DNA of 63,428 nt, filler included, from Planctomycetota bacterium (lineage in GTDB: Bacteria; Planctomycetota; Planctomycetia; JALXBF01), in NCBI GenBank assembly GCA_026991575.1. It is 3 parts of 3 records of this genome, joined end to end, with 100 filler letters (N's around TTAATTAATTAA, not from the genome) between each part and the next. Parts side by side here need not be neighbours in the genome. Positions count along the whole stretch, not along the records: positions 2,820 to 33,083 come from JALXBF010000008.1; positions 33,184 to 63,428 come from JALXBF010000009.1; 1 more part is not named here. One strand, given 5' to 3'. Within the stretch, counting starts at the first letter, position 1, and every line of letters starts with the position of its first letter. The notes beneath the pieces were generated by a model. The model worked only from the letters and a program-made list of their open reading frames with translations. It was not told the origin of the DNA and ran no database searches. Below are positions 23,770-33,722 of this stretch, one piece after another. The position numbers were made by a program, and so were the translations under genes.

Positions 23770-23985
23770 CTAGAGGATGCGGAGCATCTGCTGCTGACGC
23801 TTCTTGAGCTGCTTGAGCATCTTCTTCCGCTGGCGCAGCCGGGCACGACGCTTTAGCTCGCTGGGCTTCTGGTAGTATGCCCGGCGGCGGATCTCTCGCG
23901 GCAGCCCGGCCCGCTCACACAACCGGCGAAAACGCTTAACTGCCTGTTGCAACGATTCACCAGGCCGCAGTTTTATCTTGACCAC
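23770..23985 (-). CDS. rpsU: 30S ribosomal protein S21
   Basis: ESLQQAVKRFRR...YYQKPS. Confidence 0.92.
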   Translation of the reverse strand: MVKIKLRPGESLQQAVKRFRRLCERAGLPREIRRRAYYQKPSELKRRARLRQRKKMLKQLKKRQQQMLRIL

Positions 23986-24045
23986 ACGTGCCTCCCGTTT
24001 CTCGGTCCTCCGCTCACAACGGTACCAACCGATGGCAGCTCGAAG

Positions 24046-24267
24046 CTACTTGTACCGCCAGATAATCCGTCCCCGGTTCGGGTCATACGGCGTGATCTCT
24101 ACGACGACCCGATCGCCCGGGACAATACGGATGAAGTTCTTGCGCATCTTGCCCGACACGTGGGCAAGGATGACCCGGCCCCCTTCGATCTCAACCCGGA
24201 ACTGGGTATTTGCCAGGGCCTGGACCACGCGCCCTTCTACTGTGATTGCCTCTTCCTTTTTCGCCAC
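24046..24267 (-). CDS. infA: translation initiation factor IF-1
   Basis: [20 protein letters not shown]...[12 protein letters not shown] start at 24267. Confidence 0.96.
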   Translation of the reverse strand: MAKKEEAITVEGRVVQALANTQFRVEIEGGRVILAHVSGKMRKNFIRIVPGDRVVVEITPYDPNRGRIIWRYK

Positions 24268-24446
24268 GACTACACTCTCGCTGTCCCGCAACCCCCTGAG
24301 GCAACGACCGAGAGACGCTCCGGCACTGGGTGCGTTCCGGAAGCAGACCGGTCGGTGCGGCAATCAGGGTGAGTTGACGTTCCGGCGGGAACGCACCAGC
24401 ACGGTCGCCGGTGCCGTTAGCATTCTTGCGCCCGGCCGTGCCAAAA

Positions 24447-24920
24447 TCAACCGTCCCCCCGTTCAGCAGATGCGCGGACGGCCACGGTCACCTGCTGCCG
24501 CCCACCCGAGGGCGGGCCCGCTTCGTCACGCACGGGCTGTTCGCTACGGCTTTCGAGCCGAGCAACCGGCTGGTTCCGCTCGTCCACGTGGACGATTACC
24601 GGCTGCCAAGCGGCCAATTCCTCGGCCGTCGCTTCTACGCTGACGTACGAGAGGACGATGATCAGGTCGCCAGGTTGCGCCAGCCGGGCCGCCGCGCCGT
24701 TGAGCTCCACGGCGCCCGTGCCCGCCTGGCCTTCGATCACGTACGTATCGAAGCGGGCACCGTTGTTGATATTCAGCACGCTGACGCGCTCGAATGGCAC
24801 CAGGTCCGCCGCCTGCATCAGCAGCGGATCCAGCGTGATCGACCCGTCGTAGTTGAGGTTGGTTCGGGTGACCACGGCACGGTGGATTTTCGACTTTAGC
24901 ATCGAGCGCCGTAGCCGCAT
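24447..24920 (-). CDS. panD: aspartate 1-decarboxylase
   Basis: KSKIHRA, YDGSIT cleavage site, LNGAAARL. Confidence 0.95.
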   Translation of the reverse strand: MRLRRSMLKSKIHRAVVTRTNLNYDGSITLDPLLMQAADLVPFERVSVLNINNGARFDTYVIEGQAGTGAVELNGAAARLAQPGDLIIVLSYVSVEATAEELAAWQPVIVHVDERNQPVARLESRSEQPVRDEAGPPSGGRQQVTVAVRASAERGDG

Positions 24921-25059
24921 GGAGCACTCCTGAACCGATCGCTCACCCGCCCGCTCTGAGGTTTTTCTACGCCGCGGTGCCTGAACGGTCAATCCAGGTC
25001 GCGCGGCGCCGTGCTGCTGTCGCGGCCGGCGCCGACCACGGAGGGAGAAGACCTCGGGT

Positions 25060-25875
25060 TCAGGAGAACTCCGGACGCCGCTTCTTCAGCTGGGCCTGCA
25101 ACCGCTGCATGATCGCCGAGTGCATCTGGCTAACGCGGCTCTCGGACAACTGCAGCGTCGCGCCGATTTCTTTCATAGTGAGCTCTTCGTAGTAGTACAG
25201 GATCAGGATGAGCCGTTCGTTGCGGTTGAGGCCCTTGGTAACCAGCCGCATCAGATCCTTGCGCTGCAGCTTCTTGGTCGGATCCTCGCCCTTCTTGTCC
25301 TCCAGGATATCGATCTCGCGGACGTCCTTGTAGTTGTCCGTTTCGTACCACTTCTTATCGAGGCTGACCAGGTTCGCTGCCGAGCCCTCTTGGGCCATCT
25401 TGTAGTAGGCTGCCAGGTCCAGGCCCAGGTGGGCGGCCATTTCCTCGTCGGTCGGTGGCCTACCCAAGCGTGCCTCCAGCGTTCGGCGTGCTTCGGCCAG
25501 TCGGCTTGCTTTATGCCGTACCAACCGCGGCACCCAGTCCATGTTGCGCAGTTCGTCGAGGATGGCGCCCCGGATACGGGGCACACAGTACGTCTCGAAT
25601 TTCACGCCGCGGCTCAGGTCGAACGACTGAATCGCATCCATCAACCCGAACACGCCGGCGGAAATGAGGTCGTCCAGATCGACCCCTTCGGGCAACCGGG
25701 TCAGGATGCGCTCCGCGCAGTACCGCACCAGCGGCAGGTAATGCTCAATGAGCCGGTTGCGCAGCTCCGTGGTTGGGTTTTCCTTGTACTCACGCCAAAG
25801 CTGGTCGAGCTGATCCTTGGTCAACCTCATCGAGGCCCCCCGTCCCTGTTTGGGCGTCTCCTCCGTCGCAGCCAT
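25060..25875 (-). CDS. fliA: FliA/WhiG-family RNA polymerase sigma factor
   Basis: DDLISAGVFGLMDAI, RIRGAILDELR.MDWVPR, LSESRVSQMH. Confidence 0.92.
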   Translation of the reverse strand: MAATEETPKQGRGASMRLTKDQLDQLWREYKENPTTELRNRLIEHYLPLVRYCAERILTRLPEGVDLDDLISAGVFGLMDAIQSFDLSRGVKFETYCVPRIRGAILDELRNMDWVPRLVRHKASRLAEARRTLEARLGRPPTDEEMAAHLGLDLAAYYKMAQEGSAANLVSLDKKWYETDNYKDVREIDILEDKKGEDPTKKLQRKDLMRLVTKGLNRNERLILILYYYEELTMKEIGATLQLSESRVSQMHSAIMQRLQAQLKKRRPEFS

Positions 25876-26084
25876 GGTCGAGTCCGTCCTCCCACACACG
25901 AAAAACAGCCCGCAGCCCTGCTGAGCGGACCCGCGGCCGACCGCCAGACCGCCGGGCATAGCACCACCCTTCTAGCGCCATCGGCAGCCATGCTTTAGCC
26001 TCTGTCCCCGTTCTCACGCAGCGCGGCTGCACGATCGCGCCAACCGTCATCACCGGCCCGGCCCGCCGCCGGCAGCAAACTCGC

Positions 26085-26387
26085 TCAGGCAACCAGGTCC
26101 TTAGGTAAGTCGAATGCGATCCGTCCTTCCCGGCTGAGTCGCGACAGGACGTCGATCAGTCGCAGACGTGCCACGCGCACGGTGTCCAATGCCGGTGTGG
26201 GCATCGACCGCAGCGCTTCGACCAGCGAGCGGCTCTCCGCTGCGGGCAGCGTGCGCAGGATCTGGTTCAGGACCTGGCGCTCCATACCCCAGAGTGCAGG
26301 CAGGACGATCTGCCTGCCCGCGGCCTGGAAAACCGCCAGCAGGTCATTGCGCGACAAACGTGTCAGGTCCTCTATCCCGACCGTCAC
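26085..26387 (-). CDS. FliG C-terminal-domain-like small protein
   Basis: Helical pattern (IEDLTRLSRNDL...ALWG...QILRTLP...GRI) resembles FliG-C. Adjacent to fliA. Confidence 0.55.
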   Translation of the reverse strand: MTVGIEDLTRLSRNDLLAVFQAAGRQIVLPALWGMERQVLNQILRTLPAAESRSLVEALRSMPTPALDTVRVARLRLIDVLSRLSREGRIAFDLPKDLVA

Positions 26388-26428
26388 AACGAAAACCTCC
26401 GTCGCTTCTAGCCCTGGTTCAACCGCGC

Positions 26429-28783
26429 TCAGAGGTAGTGATCCAGAGCCCGAGCCACCCAGACCGTCTGCCCCCGACGCAGCTCGGAGGCCGCGTCCGC
26501 CGGCTCTGGACCAACCTGGCCAATCAATCGCAGACAGTGCTCGGCCTTGGCCCGCTGGCCTAACTTCCAGTAGCAGTTGGCCCGCTCCAGAAGCAGCTCG
26601 ACACGCAGCGCCGCGGACGCCTCCACGGCCTCCAACGCCGCCAGCGCCTCGCCGTAGCGGCCCATCGCGTAGTGGGCCCGTGCCAGCGCCAGCGCCGCCT
26701 GCGCCCGCAGCCCCGAATCGAGCTGATCCGCCTGGTCGTTCAGGAGCCGATCTAGCACGACACGCAGTTCTTCATACAGCTCCGCGCGCCGCGCGCTGTA
26801 CAGGCCACGCGCACGACTGCCTGTTCCCGCCCCGAGCCCCGGTCTCGCGTGACAGAACATCTCATAGAGCGCCATGCCGTAGAGGAAGTCCCGGCACGCC
26901 GCCAGCTCCCCCCCCTGAACGCTCCCCACATCGTCGGCCAGCAAAGCTACCGCCTCCGATGCAGCTCCGCGCGCAAGCCGCACGCCCGCAAGCGCCAGGC
27001 GGGTACGCTCCAGCAGCGGCCGGTCTTCGGTGGCCAGCGACGGCCCCTCTTGTAGGTTCCTCCGCAACAGCGACTCGGCCCGAGCAAGCTTGCCGGCCCC
27101 CAGTAGCGCCAAGGCAAGCTGAAGGCGCGTCCAAACGCGAACGGAACTGTCGGTGACCCGGTCCTCAATCAGACGCTGTAGCTCCTCGAGGTCGTGTAGC
27201 CGCCCCGCCCGGCGCAGCCAAAGCACTAACTCGGCAAGCTCGCCCGGTCCGAGCTCTTCCGGGTCCACCGCAGACAAGACCGTTTCCGCCGCCCGGTCAT
27301 ATCGCCCCGTGGCCACCGAAAGCCGAGCCGACTCCAGGATGCACCGGCGGCGAGTAGCGGGTTCTAGATCTGACGTCAGCATGCCGAGCCGATTGGCAAG
27401 ACGTTCGGTCACTCCTCGGGGACAGCCTGCCTCACGCGCCACTTCAGCCAATCGGATGTAGATTCCGGCGGCCGCGGCAGGTGGCAGGATTGGATCGGCC
27501 GCTGCCGCGACGGCGTCGAACAGGTCTGGTCGGTCCTCTTCGATGCACCGCCGCAGCAAGGTCTCGCCCAATGACATCACTTCGCGCCGCAGTCTCCCTG
27601 CGGTTTTCTGCCGACAGAGCACCGCATACCAGCGCGCCAGTTGGGCAAGCTGAGCGTGGTTGCCGGCTAAGGCCTGCTTGAGAATCTGGAGCCAGACACG
27701 GGCTGTATGCCGCCCCGGTGCCGTTCTGGCCATCAGTCCGGCTGCCTGACTCACCTGGCCATCGCGTGCCAGTAGCTCCGCCAGCCGATGGCGCGCCGCG
27801 CCCCGTACACGCTCGGGCACCGAGCGGCCGTAGGCCAGCTGGCGTAGGGCACGGCGAGCGGACGGGCCAGCTGAGACGAGCAGCGCGTACTCCGCATCGG
27901 CAATGAGCGGAAGCCAACGGCGGGTCTGTTGCGACGCGGCGCCGAGCTCCGACCACCAATCCACCCCGTGGAGCCGACGTGCCAGCTGACCGCGGCGCCG
28001 CCACAGGCGTGCGCCGGTAGCCGCCTGCTCCGTACCGGCTGCCAGCGCCATCAGGACGGTCTCGTAGGCTTGCTGCCAGAGCTCCAGCTCGCAGAGTGCA
28101 GAAACCAAGAGCTCCTGCTCTGCAGGCAGGAGCTGCTCGACGGGAAACTCGGCAAGCACGGCAACGAGCCGATCGAACCGCCTCTGCCGTGCGAGGATCT
28201 GGGCATAGAGCAGCCTCAGGTCCGGCCGCTCCGCTGGGCTGAAGCCGGTGTCGAATGCGGCGTCCAAGCAGGCAAGCGCTCGGTCAAGCCGTTGGCTGTC
28301 CGCCCGCTGGGCTAACACGAGCGCGGCGGCAGCGTAGACGGCCGGCGGTATCCGGTCGGCGTCCCGATAGCTGTTCAGCGCCTGCTGAACCAGTCGATTG
28401 GCCCGTTGGAACTGGGCGGCTTCCAGCAGAGCAGCGACGCGCTGATCGAGCTGGCGGTAGCGTTGGAACCGCGCCGAGCGGAGGCTGCAGGTTAGCGCCA
28501 TTGCAACCGCCGCTATGGCAGACGCGGCGAGCGCCACAGCAAGTTGTCGCCTCGGGGCAGAACTCACCCTTCCGCTCCGCGGACGTGATCGTGGACCGAC
28601 CGGCTCGCGCGGCGCAAACTGCACCGGTACCGGTCCAATCCCTTCTTTGTCATAGATCGACGCTTTGCCTGGCCAAAACTTAGTGACGTGTCCTGTGACG
28701 GCGGGATTGAACGGCTTCGCGCGCGAGATGTCAAGGGCAGGCTGAGCCGCAGTGACCGATCTTGCGATCGGCGCGCAAAGCAC
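26429..28783 (-). CDS. membrane-anchored TPR-like helical repeat protein
   Basis: One hydrophobic segment, Ala/Leu-rich helical repeats, TPR-like end (LARAHYAMGRYGEAL). Start uncertain. Confidence 0.65.
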   Translation of the reverse strand: MLCAPIARSVTAAQPALDISRAKPFNPAVTGHVTKFWPGKASIYDKEGIGPVPVQFAPREPVGPRSRPRSGRVSSAPRRQLAVALAASAIAAVAMALTCSLRSARFQRYRQLDQRVAALLEAAQFQRANRLVQQALNSYRDADRIPPAVYAAAALVLAQRADSQRLDRALACLDAAFDTGFSPAERPDLRLLYAQILARQRRFDRLVAVLAEFPVEQLLPAEQELLVSALCELELWQQAYETVLMALAAGTEQAATGARLWRRRGQLARRLHGVDWWSELGAASQQTRRWLPLIADAEYALLVSAGPSARRALRQLAYGRSVPERVRGAARHRLAELLARDGQVSQAAGLMARTAPGRHTARVWLQILKQALAGNHAQLAQLARWYAVLCRQKTAGRLRREVMSLGETLLRRCIEEDRPDLFDAVAAAADPILPPAAAAGIYIRLAEVAREAGCPRGVTERLANRLGMLTSDLEPATRRRCILESARLSVATGRYDRAAETVLSAVDPEELGPGELAELVLWLRRAGRLHDLEELQRLIEDRVTDSSVRVWTRLQLALALLGAGKLARAESLLRRNLQEGPSLATEDRPLLERTRLALAGVRLARGAASEAVALLADDVGSVQGGELAACRDFLYGMALYEMFCHARPGLGAGTGSRARGLYSARRAELYEELRVVLDRLLNDQADQLDSGLRAQAALALARAHYAMGRYGEALAALEAVEASAALRVELLLERANCYWKLGQRAKAEHCLRLIGQVGPEPADAASELRRGQTVWVARALDHYL

Positions 28784-28841
28784 CCCCCGGCCGGTGCGCC
28801 GGGGGGAGTATCCGGAGGTCCAGGTAGTTCAGGAGGAGTGC

Positions 28842-29366
28842 TTAGCCGGCGGGTGTCAGGATCAACAGCCCGTCGCGGCGGGCGTTGTCCGGCTTGGCCG
28901 GGGCGGCCGGCTTGGGCGCAGGTGCCGGGGCCGGAGCTGGTGCCGGTTCGGCCTTCTCCCCGGCGTCCCCGCAGCTGCTGCAACCACGCCGGAACAGGCC
29001 ATGCAGCTTGCACCGCAACCCACTCAGCCCGCAGTGCCCACAAGGCAGCGACAGCTTGGGCATGCAGCAGGGGCGGAGCGACTTGATCTTGTCAATCATG
29101 TGTGTCAGCGGGTTGCCGCAGCAAGCATCGACACGGAAGCAGGGCAGCGACGGTAGTGTGATCGATGGCAGGGGGATCTCGAGCGACAGCTTCTTGCAGC
29201 AACCCCGGTGGAACACCTTGTGCAGCAGCCCGTGGGAGCCGCAGCATCCCGCCTCAGCTGCCGCACCCTCTTTGGCCTCCAGCTTCTTGCCACCCTCACC
29301 GGCGACCGCCGTGCTACAGTAGAAAGCAACAGCGGCAAGACCGAGCAACGTAAAGATCCGCTTCAT
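28842..29366 (-). CDS. secreted Cys-rich hypothetical protein
   Basis: AGGAG RBS, signal peptide, many CC/CxxC clusters and a PA linker, in the planctomycete style. Confidence 0.75.
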   Translation of the reverse strand: MKRIFTLLGLAAVAFYCSTAVAGEGGKKLEAKEGAAAEAGCCGSHGLLHKVFHRGCCKKLSLEIPLPSITLPSLPCFRVDACCGNPLTHMIDKIKSLRPCCMPKLSLPCGHCGLSGLRCKLHGLFRRGCSSCGDAGEKAEPAPAPAPAPAPKPAAPAKPDNARRDGLLILTPAG

Positions 29367-29543
29367 TGGGACACATCTCCTTCTTGATTCTGCCACTGGT
29401 ACCAGGCAACGGCCCGGCTAGCAGAGGAGGAGTCAAGTGGCCGGGCCCAAAACCGTAGCGCCGGGCCATCCGCAGCCCGGGCAGCTAGACTCACCACGGC
29501 TTGGAGCCAGGCGCACGCCTGTGTGAGCTCCTGGCTACAGTCT

Positions 29544-29571
29544 CTATCGGCACGTCCTGAACCGTTCTAAA
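29544..29571 (-). promoter_or_regulatory. possible sigma28 (FliA) promoter
   Basis: Minus strand reads TTTAGA...GCCGATAG, close to TAAA-N15-GCCGATAA, pointing toward the genes that lead to fliA. Confidence 0.4.
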
Positions 29572-29915
29572 CGACCGACAACCCGCCCGTGCCCCGTCGG
29601 GTCCGATGATTTCGCTCCGTACGGGTGGGTTAATCTGGCTAAAGTGGGATGTTTCGGAAATTGCCGCCTTTTCCCTCCCTGCACTCTCTCACGGCGCCAG
29701 GCCACGCGCCCACCCGACCAGCCTGGCCGATCCCCGCCGGCTCTCCGCCACCCCTCCCCGCGCGCCAGCCGCTCCTGCTCTGGTCAGAAAGCTCGTGCGG
29801 TCTTCCCTGACGCCTCCAGCTCCCCTCGGCGGGTCCCTCATGGCATCATCGTCCCGGTGAGTGGCCGTGGAGACTCGGCCCGCAGCCGACGCGGAACCGC
29901 GCCCTGTTGCGACCG

Positions 29916-31150
29916 TTACAGCTCAAAGTTGGCAACCTGCGGCGGCCGGACAGCCGTGTTGCCGTTCGAGTCAGTCCCGGCGGCACGAGGACCGTCGTAG
30001 CGATCGGTCCCCGGTCCTCCGTCGGCCACCAGCTCAGCCAAAAAGTCCGCACTGGCTCCGAACACGCCCGCTTGGCCGATCAGCAGTTCGTCGTCCCCCT
30101 CATCCAACGACACGGTCACGCGGTCCTCGAATCGCGACCGCCGCGGTCGGCTCACGCGACGTTCGATCTGAACCTGGTCGCTGCCGCCACCGGCTGCAAC
30201 GGCCAGCTCCGCCAGGGCACGCGTGTCATCGATTGTCAGTTCGTCGTCGTCTTCGCCCAGTGCCAGCAACGAGCGGCCGTGGAGCGTGACGCGGTCGAAG
30301 AGGATCCGGTCCGAACCGCCGAAGGTAAGCAGCTCCAGTTGTGATGCGAGCACGGTATCGATCAGTCGAATCATGTCGGCGCCGTCCGCCATCCGCAGCT
30401 GCACCGGACCAAGCAGCCGAGCAGTCGCAACGGCCAGTTCACTGGCACCACCACCAAGCTGCACGGTTACCGGGTCCGGGCGCGCACCACCCCCTCGCCG
30501 CTGGTGCACACGCGTGAGCACCAGGCGGTCCGGCTGCCGATCCCGCCGCGGTTCGACCAATTCCAACCCGCCACGTACGACCGTGTTACTTACCAGCGTG
30601 CAGTCGGGACCCAGGCCGGGATCTATCGACAACGTCCCGGCAACAGATACGTCAGCCACCGACACGAAATCAGCGCCGGTACCCAAGCTGATCGTCGCAG
30701 GCGGAAGCGCCGACCGTTGCCCGGTTGCAGCCGATACGATGAGCACGTCCGCTCCCCCGCCCAGAGCAACGCGGACCCTGCTGACCGGTTGGTTGATCTG
30801 CACCTGCCGGGCACGCCCACCGACGGTGGTGCCGTTGCCCTGGACGACTAGTGTGCCGTTGGGTTGAACGGTTATGACGACGAAGTTGTCGGCGGAGTCA
30901 CCTCGAACGATCAGCTCCCCACCGACCACCGACACGCGAACCGCGCCGGATCCTCGCGTTGGGCCGACCTCAATGAGGTGATCCTCCACTTCACCGTCCG
31001 GCGCCGGCCGGTCTGGTGTCGGGATGCCGTAGCGGGTCACACGGAAGCGGCTCACCAGTGAGCCGGTCGCGGGTAACGTTACGGGCACGCGCCAGAGCAG
31101 CACATTCGTGCCCGTGCGCAAGCGGACTTTGTTGGCAAGTCTTTCCAAGT
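29916..31150 (-). pseudogene. GEVED-domain surface protein, apparently truncated at the 5' end
   Basis: Only the distal part of GEVED is present (G.N.L.WRVP...RFRV...DGEVEDH), followed by G.G.D beta-repeats. The upstream in-frame sequence does not look coding. Confidence 0.55.
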
Positions 31151-31889
31151 TGGATCCTATCGCTGACGTGTGCGCCAGCAGCAACCTTGGCCTGCCGAGG
31201 CGGGGAGCGGGTACACGCGAGACACTGCTCATCGGTATGCTAGCGTGTAGACGGGGCGTGCTCCGTACGCGCGGGTACCGAAGGGGACACTCTCGCAGCG
31301 TGAGCGACACCGGCGCACCACAGCCCCCTTCGTGCACCCGGAGTCCGCACGCACCCCTTGTGCAGCTAATGCGTACCTGGTCGGTGAGTAGGTGCGTTCC
31401 CGAAGTTGCCCCCGTCACGGACGCCCTGGCATGTACCCCCGCGACGGTGGATCGTCACGAAGGATGTACCGGCAGAACGCCCAGAACGATCGCTCGGGAT
31501 CCTCGCCCAGGTACCCCTTCTTCCGGGGCTCCGACATCACGACGGCCTTGTGCTCGGCCGCGAACCGCCACAATTCGGCGCAATAGGCATCCGAAAACCT
31601 CCGCTCGTCTCTTGGCATTGGTTGTCTTCGTGCTCTTGGCTGCTTTTTCCTGCACCTAGTGGCACGGAAGCGTCTTTTGTGAAAGGTGTCTCCTGGCGAC
31701 AAACTCCAGACCGATGGGTGCGTTGCTGGCTTCGTCGGTCAGGTTGTAATGGCGATGGCTGTCGCGCCGACGGGATTCGGAGGTGACCAGATCGGCGTAG
31801 TTGCCTGCCAGTCTGCCGCAAGGCCCAGCGGCGGTTGAGGCAGCAAGGGGGCTCACCCGGCTGGAGAAGCCGGCACCGCGCTCTCTGCT

Positions 31890-33083
31890 CTATGCGTCGT
31901 CCATCGCCGCTGAACCATCCGATCGTTTCAAGGTCTGTGTCAACCAGGCTAACGCCTGGTCACGATTCTGGATCTGACCGTCCAACTGTGCTGCTCGAAT
32001 CGCGCGCAGCATCTCGCCGATCTGCGGTCCGCGGGGCACGCCGAGCTGGATCAATTCATCACCTCTCACCAGGGGTGGCGGACTGAGCTGGTCGTCGGGG
32101 GTGTCCTGGTACTGCCTTGCCGCGAGCTGCCATTGCTGGCGGAACCAGGCACCAAGCTCTTCGGCTTCACACCAGCCCAGCGCCAAGAGGGCCGCGGCGA
32201 GCGAGTCGGCCAGCAGCGGCTTCCACTCGTGCGGCGCGCGACGCGAGAACTCCAGGATCACGCGGTAATTCATCGTCAACCACTCGACGGCATCGCGCAG
32301 GTCGTTGGACATGCGCAGCCGTGCCGCCAGAGCTCGAATCACCGTGCGTCTTTTCCACCTGAGCAGCCGCTCCATCGGAATCGCCTCCTCAGGCGGCTCG
32401 GCCAACAGGTGGAACGACGCCGCGAACGCCAGGGCCAGCGGCAGCTCGGAACTCGGCTCAGGCAATCCGAGGCGATGCCCGGCGGCCTGTCGTTTCTCGG
32501 CCAACGCAACAGCTTGCCGCCAGCCCTCGTCCAACCGCGCACACACCGCGAGCGTGTGCTGCCACAGATCCGTGCATCGTGCGTGCAACGGATCGTCGGT
32601 TCCGCTCTTGCCGCGCAGCTCATCCAACTCCGGCAGCAGCGGTCGCAACAATCCGACTTCCGCCAGCATCGCCAGGGCACGGGCGCGGCTAGGGTGCTGC
32701 AGCAATAGCTGCAGTTCGCGCAGGATCCGCTCCGCGCTGACCTGCGTGATCTGCTCGGCCATTTCGCGGACGGCTGCCAGCGTCGCCGGCTCGATCTGGA
32801 AGGCGAAGCGGGCGGCGAACCGCACCGTGCGAATCAACCGCAGTTTGTCCTCCGTAAACCGCTCCCGCGGATCCCCGATTGCGCGGAGGATTCCGCGTTT
32901 CAGGTCCTCACGTCCGCCGACGAAGTCGTACAGCCGGCATGCCAGCGGGTCGTAGAACATGCCATTGATCGTGAAATCGCGGCGCAGCGCGTCCTGCTGC
33001 ATGGAGCAGTATTCGATCCGGTCCGGATGCCTACCGTCCGAATACGGCCCTTCGCGCCGGAACGTAGCCACCTGGACCTCCCC
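31890..33083 (-). CDS. CCA-adding enzyme / poly(A) polymerase family, 5' partial
   Basis: VATFR, DALRRDFTINGM, EDKLRLIRTVRFAA, G.P.GP.IG. Confidence 0.92.
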   Translation of the reverse strand, partial: GEVQVATFRREGPYSDGRHPDRIEYCSMQQDALRRDFTINGMFYDPLACRLYDFVGGREDLKRGILRAIGDPRERFTEDKLRLIRTVRFAARFAFQIEPATLAAVREMAEQITQVSAERILRELQLLLQHPSRARALAMLAEVGLLRPLLPELDELRGKSGTDDPLHARCTDLWQHTLAVCARLDEGWRQAVALAEKRQAAGHRLGLPEPSSELPLALAFAASFHLLAEPPEEAIPMERLLRWKRRTVIRALAARLRMSNDLRDAVEWLTMNYRVILEFSRRAPHEWKPLLADSLAAALLALGWCEAEELGAWFRQQWQLAARQYQDTPDDQLSPPPLVRGDELIQLGVPRGPQIGEMLRAIRAAQLDGQIQNRDQALAWLTQTLKRSDGSAAMDDA

Positions 33084-33183
33084 NNNNNNNNNNNNNNNNN
33101 NNNNNNNNNNNNNNNNNNNNNNNNNNNTTAATTAATTAANNNNNNNNNNNNNNNNNNNNNNNNNNNNNNNNNNNNNNNNNNNN
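33084..33183. other. artificial contig linker
   Basis: N runs around TTAATTAATTAA. Confidence 0.99.
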
Positions 33184-33310
33184 GCAGTGACTTGCCTTGC
33201 ACCCACTCTATCCAGCCAGGATCCTTGTGTGTGATGGTGCGGTAGTAGCTGCTGTCGAGAGTTTGCAGTGTGTCGGTCGCGTCGTAGTACTTGACTGACT
33301 CGACCGACAC
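33184..33310 (+). repeat. 127-bp terminal direct repeat, copy 1 (assembly overlap)
   Basis: Identical to 63302-63428. Confidence 0.98.
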
Positions 33311-33538
33311 CAGTGGAGACCACGGCAACACAAGCCTATCGGCTGGCCAGCTAGCACGTGTGTGGCGATAGGTGTTTACGGCTAGGCCGCGTATCGTCGC
33401 CTGCTCCAGGTGGTCGACAGCAGCCCTAATGAGCGCAGCGAGGTACGCATCGTCGGCAGTGTGCACCAGGCGCAGGTGCTCTCGGAGGTCACCCACGTTT
33501 ACCGGCGCGTTTCCGCGAGCGATCAGAGCGTCGGGCAC
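33184..33538 (-). CDS. head-tail connector (HK97 gp6-like), 5' part, continuing across the circular junction
   Basis: REHLRL...DDAYLAALIRAA. Joined to 63301-63096 it gives 187 codons. Confidence 0.9.
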
Positions 33539-33722
33539 GTGTTACCCTCGCCGCTGTATCGTAGTCGTCGTCTGTCGCTGACTCTGGCCCGGCCGTGGGG
33601 GCAGGCTCACAAATGCCTGCCCCCATCCAGGCCTCTGCCAGGCGGTCGTCCAGCTCCGCGACGTCTCCCGGTCCGTACGACCAGTCAGCACTCGCAATCG
33701 AAGTAAGAAAGCGGACTTTCAT
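33489..33722 (-). CDS. small protein after the capsid gene
   Basis: ATG overlaps the capsid stop (TAATG). MKVRFL...GDVAELDD..A..W...G pattern is common at this position. Confidence 0.7.
   Translation of the reverse strand: MKVRFLTSIASADWSYGPGDVAELDDRLAEAWMGAGICEPAPTAGPESATDDDYDTAARVTRARRSDRSRKRAGKRG

Noticed and set aside
25975..26000. sigma28 autoregulatory promoter before fliA (TAAAG...GCCGAT)
   Set aside because: The spacer is about 8 nt, far shorter than the required 15 or so.
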